DNA of 64,000 nucleotides from Syntrophales bacterium (GCA_963662405.2 CAXXKT010000001.1:2592001-2656000); one strand, 5' to 3'; positions 52,907-62,816 are shown, numbered from the stretch's first letter. Notes: generated from the sequence alone by a model not told the origin. A program made the numbers and translations.

Positions 52907-54727
52907 ATGAAAATTCGTCGTCTCAGAATGAAGAACTTTCGGAGTGTTGCGAACGGAGAAATTCTCTTTCCAGGTCATACCGCGGTAATCGGTGGAAATA
53001 GCGTCGGAAAATCGACGATGTGTGAAGCATTGGATTTGTGTCTTGGTCCAGATCGCTTATCCCGTTCCAATCCTATTAACGAACACGATTTTTATCAACG
53101 GCGATACATCAGTGCTGATAGTACGCCAATCCCAATTGAGCTAGAAGTGGTTCTGACAGACTTAACGTCTGATCTTGAAACAAGATTCAGAGCGCACCGT
53201 GAGTATTGGAACACTGAAACCAATTCCTTGCTTGATGAGAATGCAGAGCCTGAGGATACGGAACTTGATAACGTTATTCCTGCCATTAGAATAAAGTTTG
53301 AGGGTCTTTACGACACAGAGGAGGATGAGTTTACAGCGGAAACATTTTTTGCAAGTCCGCCTCCTGAAGATGATGTAAGCCGAGCGAGAGTAAGTCGTTC
53401 TGCAAAACGCCGTTTCGGTTTCATCTATCTGCGTGCTCTGCGCACTGGATCACGTGCGCTCAGTCTCGAACGTGGCTCACTACTCGATATAATTCTCCGT
53501 CTCAAAGATGATGATCGCTCCGCTATGTGGGAACAGACCTTAAATGCTCTTGAAGGTCTTAATCCACCAATCGACAGTATTCCGCAGCTCCGAGACGTGC
53601 TTGATGAGATTGATGGTCGGGTTCGCCGATTTGTTAATATGTCAGAGAATGATCGCGCATTTCAGCTATACCCATCATCTTTGACCCGTGATGATTTGCG
53701 TAAATCCATTACTCTATTCGGGGCGTCCGCCCGATCAAACGCACATGTTCCATACTGGCGTTTAGGGTCAGGTGTGATTAATGCGCTCGTTTTCTCATTG
53801 CTCACATTTATCGCTGAACTAAAAGTAAATGTGATTTTCGCTATGGAAGAACCAGAAATAGCAATACCACCGCATACACAAAGGCGAATTGTCCAATTCC
53901 TGCAAAAAAATATGGATCAATCAATTCTCACGACACATTCGCCCTTTGTTCTCGAACAGTTTAATCCTGAGAACGTTGTATTGCTGGAACGTGATACCAA
54001 CGGTTCACTTGGAGGCCGCCAGATTGAAGTTAGCGGCATCAAGGGTAAAACCTATCGAGGTAATCTACGGCGTATTCTTGCGGAATCAATGCTCGGTAAC
54101 GGTGTCATTTGTGTTGAGGGAGTGTCTGATGCAGAAGTGTTGTATGCGGCTTCAAATGTATTGGAAAGTTACCGTGATGAATTATCGTACACGCCTTTGG
54201 ATTTGTCGGGTGTGACTGTAGTTCAGTGTGAAGGAGATGGAGGTATCCTCCGTTATGGGCAATTTTTCAAAGGCCTCGGGGTGAAAACTTATGCTTTCTA
54301 CGATCTTCAAAAAAATGTAGCAATCAAAAATGATATTGAAGATCTTTTTGATGGTGTATGGGAGCTTGAGCATACTGGCATAGAGTACCTCTTGGCCGAA
54401 GAAACAAATATTGATGCTGTTCGCGCTTTCTTAGAGGACGCTAGTACTTGGGATGATTACCCATCCAACAGAGAAAGACCAGAACTCTACGAGTACGATG
54501 AAGATCTCGATAATGATGATACTCGAGCCATTACCAAACGGGTTCTAAAGCGGAGAAAAGGATCTGGATACGCCGAAAAATTGGTGGAGATGTGTAGCGC
54601 CGAAAATTTGCCGGAGATTATCAGCACCGCACTTAATGCCATTAGCGAAGACCTACCAAATGCCATGGTCAGAGACGATACGGATGGCGGCGACGAAGCC
54701 ACCGAAGACTTGGATACTGATGCATGA
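52907..54727 (+). CDS. gajA: OLD-family ATPase-TOPRIM nuclease, Gabija GajA-like
   Basis: GGNSVGKST, LGSG, MEEPE, TTHSP, CVEGVSD; overlaps the UvrD gene. Confidence 0.78.
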   Translation: MKIRRLRMKNFRSVANGEILFPGHTAVIGGNSVGKSTMCEALDLCLGPDRLSRSNPINEHDFYQRRYISADSTPIPIELEVVLTDLTSDLETRFRAHREYWNTETNSLLDENAEPEDTELDNVIPAIRIKFEGLYDTEEDEFTAETFFASPPPEDDVSRARVSRSAKRRFGFIYLRALRTGSRALSLERGSLLDIILRLKDDDRSAMWEQTLNALEGLNPPIDSIPQLRDVLDEIDGRVRRFVNMSENDRAFQLYPSSLTRDDLRKSITLFGASARSNAHVPYWRLGSGVINALVFSLLTFIAELKVNVIFAMEEPEIAIPPHTQRRIVQFLQKNMDQSILTTHSPFVLEQFNPENVVLLERDTNGSLGGRQIEVSGIKGKTYRGNLRRILAESMLGNGVICVEGVSDAEVLYAASNVLESYRDELSYTPLDLSGVTVVQCEGDGGILRYGQFFKGLGVKTYAFYDLQKNVAIKNDIEDLFDGVWELEHTGIEYLLAEETNIDAVRAFLEDASTWDDYPSNRERPELYEYDEDLDNDDTRAITKRVLKRRKGSGYAEKLVEMCSAENLPEIISTALNAISEDLPNAMVRDDTDGGDEATEDLDTDA

Positions 54728-56469
54728 ACGAATGCAATCCAGAAGATAGTTTCGACATTTGCGAAAAGCGACGTGCCATTCTGGAAGGCGATGGGCATAT
54801 GTTGGTTATTGGCGGTCCGGGATCTGGAAAGACAACTATCGCATTACTTAAAGCAAGACGCTACGTATTAGAAAGCTTGATGGCGGAGCAGAGCGTTCTA
54901 TTCCTCAGTTTCTCGAATTCAGCAATCCGTAGGATTCTCGAAAGTGCAGGCGGAATATTGTCATCAGACATTGCCAAGCGCGTTGAAATTAAAACTTATC
55001 ATTCCTTTGCGTGGGATGTTTTGAAATCTCATGGATATCTGACATCAAAAAAGAGGAGGCTAAGTATCGTTTCAGCACAAGATGCTGCCGTAAGAGAGGC
55101 GGGCTTGAATAAAGACTTATGGCTTACCGAGCAGGAACGGTTATACATTGAAGATGGATTAGTGACCTATGACCAGTTTGCCCCTCGTGCCGCTGAAATT
55201 TTGAATCGCTCAAGTGCGGCGAAAGCCTGTTTTAATGCCGCCCATCCCTTAATCCTTGTGGATGAATTCCAAGATACCGATGAAGCCCAATGGGCGCTTA
55301 TTCGTGCTTTGAGTACAGGATCAAGCATTATTGCGCTCGGCGACAAAGAGCAGCGAATATATGAATGGCGCGACGGTGTTTCGGAGCATCGTTTGTCTGA
55401 GTTTGGCGATGAGTTGAACGTCCCAGTATTTGACTTTCAGAATGAAAATAATCGCAGTCCGGCAACTGGTATTGTTGGATATGCCCGATCTCTCTTGTCC
55501 CCCGATGTCGTGCAAGAACTTCCAGCCGATATCGAAAGAAAAGCGTTTCAGCCCGGCATGTTCCCAGTTGGACTTAGGCTTTGCGTTAGCCGAACGTGGG
55601 GTGAAACAAAAAAAAGAGCAGAGAAAAGAGATATCAAAATTGCGATTGCGGCGCGAAGTAAACAGATGGTGAGAAAAATATCTGATGTACTGGCAAAACC
55701 TATCATGATTAAAAATAAAAAGTACAAACCGATTCATCATGACGTATTGTTTGATCAAATGCAGATCGTCTTAGCAGCACGTGTTATCGCAAATGTTATG
55801 GGAAGTACTCATCTCTCATGGGACCAACGTATATCGCAATGTCTTCGTAGAATGGCCGACATGTTACGCGCGGCCAACAACGCCACAAACATCCAAAACT
55901 CTGACGTGTTACAAAACTGGGCGCAAAAATGTGACGACGGTAAGCCTCCTAAGACTAAATGTGTTGCGGCTCTTGTCGAAATTATTGAAGCTATTGAGAA
56001 TGATGGATTTTCAGGCTCTCCGACCAGAGATTGGCTAATGGTCCGACAGGCATTTGAGAGGGCGAGCGTTGACCACTTGACGAAGACAGCTGAGTTTGCT
56101 CGTTACTTACGACTACTTCGGCGCGGTTCATTAATAGAAGAGGAGCTAACAAGTTTGTGGCGGACGAGTGGTAATTATCTAGGCGCTGAGGAGGCTTTAG
56201 ATCGAGCCATTCTACAAGATCAGCTACTCGATTCTCGTAAAGAGTCAGCGAGTATTTCAGTGATGACCATGCACCAATTGAAAGGCCGAGAGTATGACGG
56301 AGTGTTGCTTGTTGAAGACCAATATAATAACTTTAGGGGACGGGATGTGAAACGGCCTTACATGGAAACCCGTCGCCTGTTACAGGTTTCTTTGACGCGA
56401 GCGAAACATTTCGCATTGGTTCTGTCAGCAACGAAAAATGCGACTTTGGATGTGATCTTTGATAATTAA
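54724..56469 (+). CDS. gajB: UvrD-like helicase, Gabija GajB-like
   Basis: GGPGSGKTT, TYHSF, VDEFQDT, GDKEQRIY, MTMHQLKGREYD, VSLTRA. Confidence 0.78.
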   Translation: MNECNPEDSFDICEKRRAILEGDGHMLVIGGPGSGKTTIALLKARRYVLESLMAEQSVLFLSFSNSAIRRILESAGGILSSDIAKRVEIKTYHSFAWDVLKSHGYLTSKKRRLSIVSAQDAAVREAGLNKDLWLTEQERLYIEDGLVTYDQFAPRAAEILNRSSAAKACFNAAHPLILVDEFQDTDEAQWALIRALSTGSSIIALGDKEQRIYEWRDGVSEHRLSEFGDELNVPVFDFQNENNRSPATGIVGYARSLLSPDVVQELPADIERKAFQPGMFPVGLRLCVSRTWGETKKRAEKRDIKIAIAARSKQMVRKISDVLAKPIMIKNKKYKPIHHDVLFDQMQIVLAARVIANVMGSTHLSWDQRISQCLRRMADMLRAANNATNIQNSDVLQNWAQKCDDGKPPKTKCVAALVEIIEAIENDGFSGSPTRDWLMVRQAFERASVDHLTKTAEFARYLRLLRRGSLIEEELTSLWRTSGNYLGAEEALDRAILQDQLLDSRKESASISVMTMHQLKGREYDGVLLVEDQYNNFRGRDVKRPYMETRRLLQVSLTRAKHFALVLSATKNATLDVIFDN

Positions 56470-56470
56470 A

Positions 56471-56561
56471 GTATAACGTCCAAGGTCACTTGCGCCGCCT
56501 AAGACCCTTCCGCGTCAGCGCCGCAGATGTTAACGGCGTCAAGTGAACCGTCTGGTTCGGC
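56471..56561 (-). other. Integron attC site (minus strand)
   Basis: Minus strand reads GCCGAAC-CAGAC-GGTTCACTTGACGCC...GGCGCAAGTGACCT-TGGAC-GTTATAC, with two unpaired bases in the left arm. Confidence 0.8.
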
Positions 56562-56566
56562 AATTC

Positions 56567-57010
56567 CTATAAATGCTTTATTTCAATGGCACCAAATTGA
56601 TCTTTTAAATATTCACTTACCAAACGACGATGGCATTTTTCAGGAGTAGGTTCACTACACAAAAAACAAGCATTATTAAGTTCTTCAAGAGATATTTTTT
56701 TCTCGATTTTGCGTTCTTTAATCAGTTTGCTAAAACGCTGTACATACTCATCCCAATCAATTTGCTTTTTCTTGTATGCATCAAGAATTTCCTTTGTTGG
56801 TGCAAAATCGGGCATGTGTTTATAGTCACAGTCGCAAAGCTCTCTTAAAAAGAAGATGAGGTCATCTCGTTTTGCAAAACCAGCAAGTTGAGAAACATTG
56901 TTCAACCGAATATCGATGAGTTTAGTAACGCCGGCGTTACGTATTTTGGAGAAGAATGTTTTCGCGCTTTTTTTTGTGAATCCAATAGTATACAGGTTTG
57001 TTTTTGACAT
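56567..57010 (-). CDS. DUF488-family protein
   Basis: YTIGF, IDIR, SQLAGFAK, LCSE..PEKCHR. Confidence 0.85.
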   Translation of the reverse strand: MSKTNLYTIGFTKKSAKTFFSKIRNAGVTKLIDIRLNNVSQLAGFAKRDDLIFFLRELCDCDYKHMPDFAPTKEILDAYKKKQIDWDEYVQRFSKLIKERKIEKKISLEELNNACFLCSEPTPEKCHRRLVSEYLKDQFGAIEIKHL

Positions 57011-57618
57011 TATTTATCCTTGTACTCGGATGTCGGTTCAGCTGTTTCGTATGCAATTTTTTCACCTTGCCGCATGTATGCATCATTCAACCTTTGTTGC
57101 TCGCTACGAAACATTTCCGGTTGATTTAAACCAAAAATTTTAAGCAACCTCTGCTCACTATCTTTGTGGTCTTCGGTTATCCAATTACTCATAATATGTT
57201 TGATATTAATTCCCCTATCAGACAGATTCCGACAAATCAAAATAGTTCTATGGCATGTAATGGGGTCTTTTTCTGCGCACATAAGGGCTATGCGATACTT
57301 TTCCATGCCTTTAGTTATTCTTTTTAATCCTTCCTTGAATTTGGGACTTTCCGCCACAAGGGTGAAATCTACTTTCCCATTAACATAACAAGATGGATCT
57401 TCAACTCGTGCCCCGCACAAGTCTCCTAAAAACACGTAAGCGATACCATGTTTATTGAGAAATCTTGAAAGGTTTTCTTTGTTGAATTCCGGCTTAAACT
57501 GGCTATATGGCGATGACCGAACATCTGCGACCGCAGTTATTTTGTGTTTATTCAAAACACGCAGGAATGAATCAAGTATGTGGGGGGAGTAGCCTATTGT
57601 GAATAATACATTGCCCAT
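57010..57618 (-). CDS. DUF488-family protein
   Basis: FTIGYS, ADVRSSPYS, LMCAEKDP..CHR. Confidence 0.85.
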   Translation of the reverse strand: MGNVLFTIGYSPHILDSFLRVLNKHKITAVADVRSSPYSQFKPEFNKENLSRFLNKHGIAYVFLGDLCGARVEDPSCYVNGKVDFTLVAESPKFKEGLKRITKGMEKYRIALMCAEKDPITCHRTILICRNLSDRGINIKHIMSNWITEDHKDSEQRLLKIFGLNQPEMFRSEQQRLNDAYMRQGEKIAYETAEPTSEYKDK

Positions 57619-57630
57619 AATTTACCACTA

Positions 57631-58329
57631 TTACGAATAACATCTTATTTCTTCAAGATATTCAGGGAATAAATAGATTCCATTTACTTGTAACCAATAT
57701 CCGTTTCTACCGTCTGGGGATGAATACCCACGACTTAGACCGACCCTTATAAAAACTTCAGATTGCGAATGAATGAAGTGGTTAAGGTTAGAAAAATTAC
57801 CGCCCCTGTTGTTTTCAGCGTAATTGTAAAATCCTAAATCAGTTATACCGAGATACCGGAACTCCTGACCTGAACTATCTGTAACTATAATTTTGATTTT
57901 CCCTGGATTAAAAGAGTCTGGCACGATGCTGACATCTCGTGGGTCAACTGAAATTGTTATGATTGATTTCTGGGGTGGGTTGTCGATAGGTATATATTTC
58001 TGCCCGGAAGGAATAGCAACAGAAAAACCTTCTTGGACATTTGGGCTTTCAGTCGCCATTAATACCGACTTAAATTCCTCAGTGCTACATGGACCATTAA
58101 AAGTTAGACTTCCCCTATAACTTCTGTCTTCAGTATGTGGAGCAGAACACGACATAGGCACAAAATTACCCTCCAATTTGGCACCTGGAAGGATATTCAA
58201 GCTGCGACATTCGGTTGTAGCTAGGTACGGCAAAGGCCTAATGCATTCATTTGTATCTGGATTTATCCCTGCAATACAAACAATATCCTGCCTCGAAAAT
58301 CTGGTAAGATCTGTAATGATTATTCCCAT
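57631..58329 (-). CDS. Dual OB-fold-like protein
   Basis: VCIAGI...IRP, PHTED, ITD, VGLSR motifs; first gene of the DUF488 operon. Confidence 0.6.
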   Translation of the reverse strand: MGIIITDLTRFSRQDIVCIAGINPDTNECIRPLPYLATTECRSLNILPGAKLEGNFVPMSCSAPHTEDRSYRGSLTFNGPCSTEEFKSVLMATESPNVQEGFSVAIPSGQKYIPIDNPPQKSIITISVDPRDVSIVPDSFNPGKIKIIVTDSSGQEFRYLGITDLGFYNYAENNRGGNFSNLNHFIHSQSEVFIRVGLSRGYSSPDGRNGYWLQVNGIYLFPEYLEEIRCYS

Positions 58330-58947
58330 AATTTATTTCCTGCCGAACAATTAGTATACCAACCAACTTGATTTTCCCCGATTTACTCAAGAATTGTTGC
58401 TCTTTTTCAAAAAGAATGCAAAGAAAAAAGTGCTTAAATATCAAGCAAAATGAACTTTTGACACTTGGTGCTTTATAGTAATATGCCGCTTGATCCACGT
58501 TGGTATATCAAAGGAGATTTGTCCAGTGTAAAGGATATCGACATTAATGTATATTGTTTGAAATAGTATATGCTCTGAAGAATTATCAAATGCTTTCTTC
58601 CAGGAGGGAGCAGATAATCTACATGAACCTAGAATGTGCAGCCCGAGTTGTGCATCTTTCAACCCGCATTCAATAAGGTTGACCGACGAATTGTGGTAAT
58701 GACTTGTATTTGAAGTCTCGCATCGTTTCGACAAAGTCAAGATTCACGACTACAGGCAGCTATACAACTTGCTTGAAGCTCGATGGTTATACAGAAGAAT
58801 TCCCTTCAAAATAGCTACGGCAAACCCTGAAGCAGTGGAAGAAGCCCTTTCTGCATGAACGAAAGATATTGGCCAACATACTGCCGATAGGGACTCGCAA
58901 AAACCGCGCGTCCCACAGCAGTACGTTGAAAATAACAAACCTGGAAG

Positions 58948-59249
58948 ATGGGTATACAAAATAACCTAAAGTCAGTTCTCATCCGCGAGGGGCTCACGCA
59001 GGCAGAACTTTCCCGGGCGTGTCAACCGGAACCATCAATCGCGTTCTGAACCGGCAAAGTTCAGTAGCCTTGATAACTATGTCCAAGATTGTCATGGCTT
59101 TCAACATGCCATCTGACAATAAGTACAGCATCAGGGACGTCTTCCCCGCGTGCAGGAGCGAGATTTCCCGCGCCACTCAATCGCCCGATCGCGTAATGCC
59201 CGGAGTCCTCACTTCCCCCCGTCCACTGTCCGGGCCTATAGCCCTTTGA
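58948..59249 (+). pseudogene. Frameshifted XRE-family HTH regulator
   Basis: MGIQNNLKSVLIREGLTQAELSRA continues in another frame as VSTGTINRVLN; break at ~59018. Confidence 0.7.
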
Positions 59250-59258
59250 GAAGGTTTC

Positions 59259-59540
59259 TTATGTAAGGCGGCGAGGGGGTGGCGACGGCGGAGGTTCTTT
59301 CGGAAACGGCGACCAGTTGCCCCTGAGGGCGATCCTGTGGGCATCCTCTATCGTCGGGGCACAGCCTCTGCAGAGATAGCGCAATACTCCCCCGTTACGT
59401 CCATGGTATGGACCCGTAACAAACGACCACCCCCATGTTCGCCGAAACTCCTGTTTGCACACAACGCACTGACGCCAGAACAACAGGGGGAACCTCACGG
59501 AGATGCCGTGCTCATATCGTTCCTTGGGTTCACGCTTCAC
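59259..59540 (-). CDS. Small phage protein with two CxxC motifs
   Basis: GTG start after AGGAGG; CVVC and CRGC; Pro-rich tail. Confidence 0.55.
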   Translation of the reverse strand: MKREPKERYEHGISVRFPLLFWRQCVVCKQEFRRTWGWSFVTGPYHGRNGGVLRYLCRGCAPTIEDAHRIALRGNWSPFPKEPPPSPPPRRLT

Positions 59541-59683
59541 CTTTTTCCCCTCCTTTTGTCCTCTTTTCCGTTGCCAGCTCGGGACGCGTGTTCTTTCTGT
59601 TGCCTCAGATAGTGTGTCGGCATCCTGAGTGAGGGCCGCCGCGATCACTTCAGGGTAGGCTTGAACGTGCAAAAAGGAAGCGT

Positions 59684-60016
59684 TCATTTCTTTCCGCTCG
59701 TATTTGCCGTTTCCTTGGCCGGCTTCTTTCCCTGATCCTTCTTCCTGTTGCTGACTTTGCGCTCCGGCCGTGTCATGAGCCGGTCGGTTATCATCTCGGC
59801 CGCCCCTTTGGGGACAATGCCTTTCAGGACGTATGAGATATACCACTGATCCACAGCGTCGGAGTCTGACAGGAGCGTCCCGCCGGGCTTTCCCGTTGAT
59901 GATACGGCCGGGAACCCGTACTCTTTGATCCACTGTCGGATCTTGTCTTCCCCCACCTCGCCCTTGAAATGATCCAGGATTGCCTTCATGCCTATCAATT
60001 TTGCCATGCTTACCAC
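59684..60016 (-). CDS. Phage DNA-binding protein (Xis/AlpA-like wHTH)
   Basis: LIGMKAI...IRQWIKEYGFP...SDAVDQW pattern. Confidence 0.55.
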   Translation of the reverse strand: MVSMAKLIGMKAILDHFKGEVGEDKIRQWIKEYGFPAVSSTGKPGGTLLSDSDAVDQWYISYVLKGIVPKGAAEMITDRLMTRPERKVSNRKKDQGKKPAKETANTSGKK

Positions 60017-61920
60017 CTCCGTGATTTAGGCTTTTTCTCTTGCGGTTCTTTCCGTGGCGCCGCTGGTACGGACGCCTGTTCTTTCTGTTGCCTCAGATAG
60101 CTTGCCAGCATCTTGAGCGAGGGCAACCATTCGCTGTCGGCGCATGCCGCCGCGATCACTTCACAGTCGAGCAGGTGGTTGTCCTTCCGGATCTGTTTCC
60201 AGTAGGTCTTGCCTCTCCGGTCCCGCCGGAACTCTTCGGCCAGGACCTGGCGCGCGTAGTCGAGACCGGTGTCCGTGTTGAGCAGGAATCGCTGTGTCTC
60301 GCCTTCTTTCCGTTCCATGCGCCAGTGCAGCAGGGCCTTGTACTGGTCGGTGTCGAGGAGTCGCAGCTCCAGACCGCCGGGAATTGGCTTGTTCGATCGG
60401 GGCAGCTTGTCGATCTGCGACACCCTGATCCGGCCTATTTGTTTGTGGGTTGCGCCCTTGGTCCCGAAAGCGCGGCCCGGTTGCTGATCTCGTATCCACT
60501 GGTAGATCTCCTCGGTACGGGTCCAGATGTTCTCTTCCGTAACGCCGCCCCCGGTATCGATGCCGGCGCGCCAGATGCCCATCGTCTCGGTCGGTTTTCC
60601 CTCGATAGGATATTGCGTGTTGAAGACGAGGTTCTCCACGTCGTCGAATGTCGTCAGGTAGCCGTACTGGACCAACCATGACGTCAGGTCGTCAGCCCAG
60701 GCGCGGACGACGAACCAGAACCCGCTTTTCTGCACGTCGATACCCGCGGTCAGGGCGACCGCGTCTTTAGGGACAATGCCGGCGGCAAGTTCGGTCCTGT
60801 CCTCGAGGAGGGCGCTTTCCTTCTTCGGGACCACCGTCTCCCGCCAGACCTCGGCCTTGTGCTGGGTGATGTAGACCATCATCTTCGACGGGTCCTCCAT
60901 CCCACGCATATAGGCGGCGACGCAAGAGGACAGGGAGACAAAGGGACTGTACCAGGACGGGAGATGGAACCCGATGACCGGGGCGCGTTCCACCGGGCTG
61001 TCCGGGATCCAGCCGTAAAACGAATCGGGGTTCCCGAGCCCGTTCAGGACGGCCTTGTTGCGCAGATGATCATCCCACAGCATCCCGCATGATTCGCACT
61101 GGTAGTGCGCCAGGCGCCCGCGGACGATCTCCCGGGGATCGTTGCAGGTCTTCGGCCAGTTGATCTGTCCGAAGTGCATCACCTGGGGGGCCCTGCAGAC
61201 GGGGCAGACCGCGTGGTAGCGCATCAGTTCGTCGGCCTCCCTCTCGATCATGGGGCCGATGTAGCCGCTCTCGTCCGTCGGGGTCGACAGGTCGATGGTT
61301 TTTTTGGTGAAGGGGTAGGCGTTCTGCCGCTGGTCGGTGAGTGCGATGGGATCGGCTTCCTTGCCGGTGAAGTCGGGATACTTGTCCACCTCGTCCCGGA
61401 TCATGTAGCGGACCGATTCGGAGGACATCTCGGCGGCGCTGGTCGCCCAGGCCATCATGAAGTCCATGCCGTTCGTGAAATTGACATGCAGGGTCGTCGT
61501 GTCGGAAACGCCGGGCCCCAGGAGTTCGGCTATCCGGGACGTGGATCTGAACATGGGGAGAATCCGCCGGCGGGCGATCCGCTTGGTCACCTTCTCGTCG
61601 GGCATGATGTACATGCAGGGGCCGGGATCCTGGTCGATCCACTGGCAGAGGGCGTTGAAGGCGACCTGTGTCTTGCCCGTCTGGGGCGCGAACATGAGGA
61701 TGATCCGCCTGACATGGGGCTGACTGATCGCGTTCATGGGGCCGACCAGGTAGGGCGTGGTCGTGTTCTGCCAGAGTCCGGTCATGGGACCGTTCGTGAC
61801 GATGCGGTACCGCTCGGCCCACTCGGATACGGCCAGGCGTTCCCGGAGACGAAAGACGCGCCTCTCTCCCGGGGTGAAGGTGACGGTGTCATGGTTTTTC
61901 AATACGGGAGCCGTGTTCAT
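60010..61920 (-). CDS. Phage terminase large subunit, lambda GpA family
   Basis: VSEWAE, TPYL, PQTGKT, RDEVD, STPT, CxxC pairs, AGIDVQ, NHLLDC. Confidence 0.93.
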   Translation of the reverse strand: MNTAPVLKNHDTVTFTPGERRVFRLRERLAVSEWAERYRIVTNGPMTGLWQNTTTPYLVGPMNAISQPHVRRIILMFAPQTGKTQVAFNALCQWIDQDPGPCMYIMPDEKVTKRIARRRILPMFRSTSRIAELLGPGVSDTTTLHVNFTNGMDFMMAWATSAAEMSSESVRYMIRDEVDKYPDFTGKEADPIALTDQRQNAYPFTKKTIDLSTPTDESGYIGPMIEREADELMRYHAVCPVCRAPQVMHFGQINWPKTCNDPREIVRGRLAHYQCESCGMLWDDHLRNKAVLNGLGNPDSFYGWIPDSPVERAPVIGFHLPSWYSPFVSLSSCVAAYMRGMEDPSKMMVYITQHKAEVWRETVVPKKESALLEDRTELAAGIVPKDAVALTAGIDVQKSGFWFVVRAWADDLTSWLVQYGYLTTFDDVENLVFNTQYPIEGKPTETMGIWRAGIDTGGGVTEENIWTRTEEIYQWIRDQQPGRAFGTKGATHKQIGRIRVSQIDKLPRSNKPIPGGLELRLLDTDQYKALLHWRMERKEGETQRFLLNTDTGLDYARQVLAEEFRRDRRGKTYWKQIRKDNHLLDCEVIAAACADSEWLPSLKMLASYLRQQKEQASVPAAPRKEPQEKKPKSRRW

Positions 61921-62816
61921 TCATCGTCCTCCATCTCTTCATCTCTCTCATCGTCTGTTTCATCTTCCCGTGTTTCATTCTCTTGTCCGGGGGGCGGCAG
62001 AACCACCCGGAAGGTCCGCTCCTCGCTGTAGCGGGCCAGGAACGATTCGAAACGGCCGAGAAGCCATTCGATCAGATCCGGTATCGTGTCGGCATTGCCG
62101 GCGGCGCGGTTCACGATCTCGGATGCCTCGGCCCGCGCAAAGGTCTCCAGGTCGTTCCGGAAGACGGCGGCGCGTTTCGCCAGTTCTCCCTCGAACAGGT
62201 CCTTCGGCACGTAGGCGCCGGTGAACATCTCCGCCTTCATCGTCCAGTGCCGCGCCTGGGCCTTGGTCTTTTCGATCTCCGCGTGCAGTTTTTCCTGCTG
62301 CAGCTTCTCAAGTTTTTCTGAAGCGCTCCCGTCGGCCCGCTTCAGATAGGTCTGCGCATATCGGTCGACCTCATCGATCCGGTAGGTACCGTCGGCCTCG
62401 CATCGGAGTTTCCCCTCCTTTTTGTGCTTGTACACGGCGGACTTCCTGACCTTCCACCCCTGATCCCTGAGGTAGTCGGCCACCGCCAGGGTGTTGGCAA
62501 GGGTCGGAGAATGGCCAAGGTATTTCTCGGACAGGACCACCAGTTGCTGTTCCAGGGCGGACTCCGCCTTCTGCCAGTCGTTGAGGCGGGCGGAGGTGGA
62601 TTCCGCCTGATAGTCCCGGATGCATTTCACGACGGCGTTGTGCAGGACCTTCAACGCTATCTGGTCCTGTTCGTCGGCAACCTCCAGCAGTCTCTTTACC
62701 TTTTCCTGGTCCATCTTCCCGTCCGGGATCGCCTGGCAGATCATCCGGGCGCGCTGTGCGTTGCTCGCGCGCTTCCAGTCGTCGGAGACGATCCGATTCT
62801 CTTTTCCCTTTACCAT
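61917..62816 (-). CDS. Putative terminase small subunit (start possibly 62714)
   Basis: Overlaps the terL start; central wHTH-like segment followed by a coiled coil. Confidence 0.55.
   Translation of the reverse strand: MVKGKENRIVSDDWKRASNAQRARMICQAIPDGKMDQEKVKRLLEVADEQDQIALKVLHNAVVKCIRDYQAESTSARLNDWQKAESALEQQLVVLSEKYLGHSPTLANTLAVADYLRDQGWKVRKSAVYKHKKEGKLRCEADGTYRIDEVDRYAQTYLKRADGSASEKLEKLQQEKLHAEIEKTKAQARHWTMKAEMFTGAYVPKDLFEGELAKRAAVFRNDLETFARAEASEIVNRAAGNADTIPDLIEWLLGRFESFLARYSEERTFRVVLPPPGQENETREDETDDERDEEMEDDE

Noticed and set aside
58480..58945. Remnant integron integrase next to the minus-strand attI-like site
   Set aside because: Frames are broken by stops and show no tyrosine recombinase R...HxxR...Y motifs.
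59259..59933. 224-aa ORF as a single gene
   Set aside because: Its 5' half overlaps the wHTH gene and the terL relic; the RBS supports a start at 59540.
59550..60163. DGR template/variable repeat pair at the terL 3' end
   Set aside because: Differences are not adenine-specific, include a deletion, and no reverse transcriptase is present.
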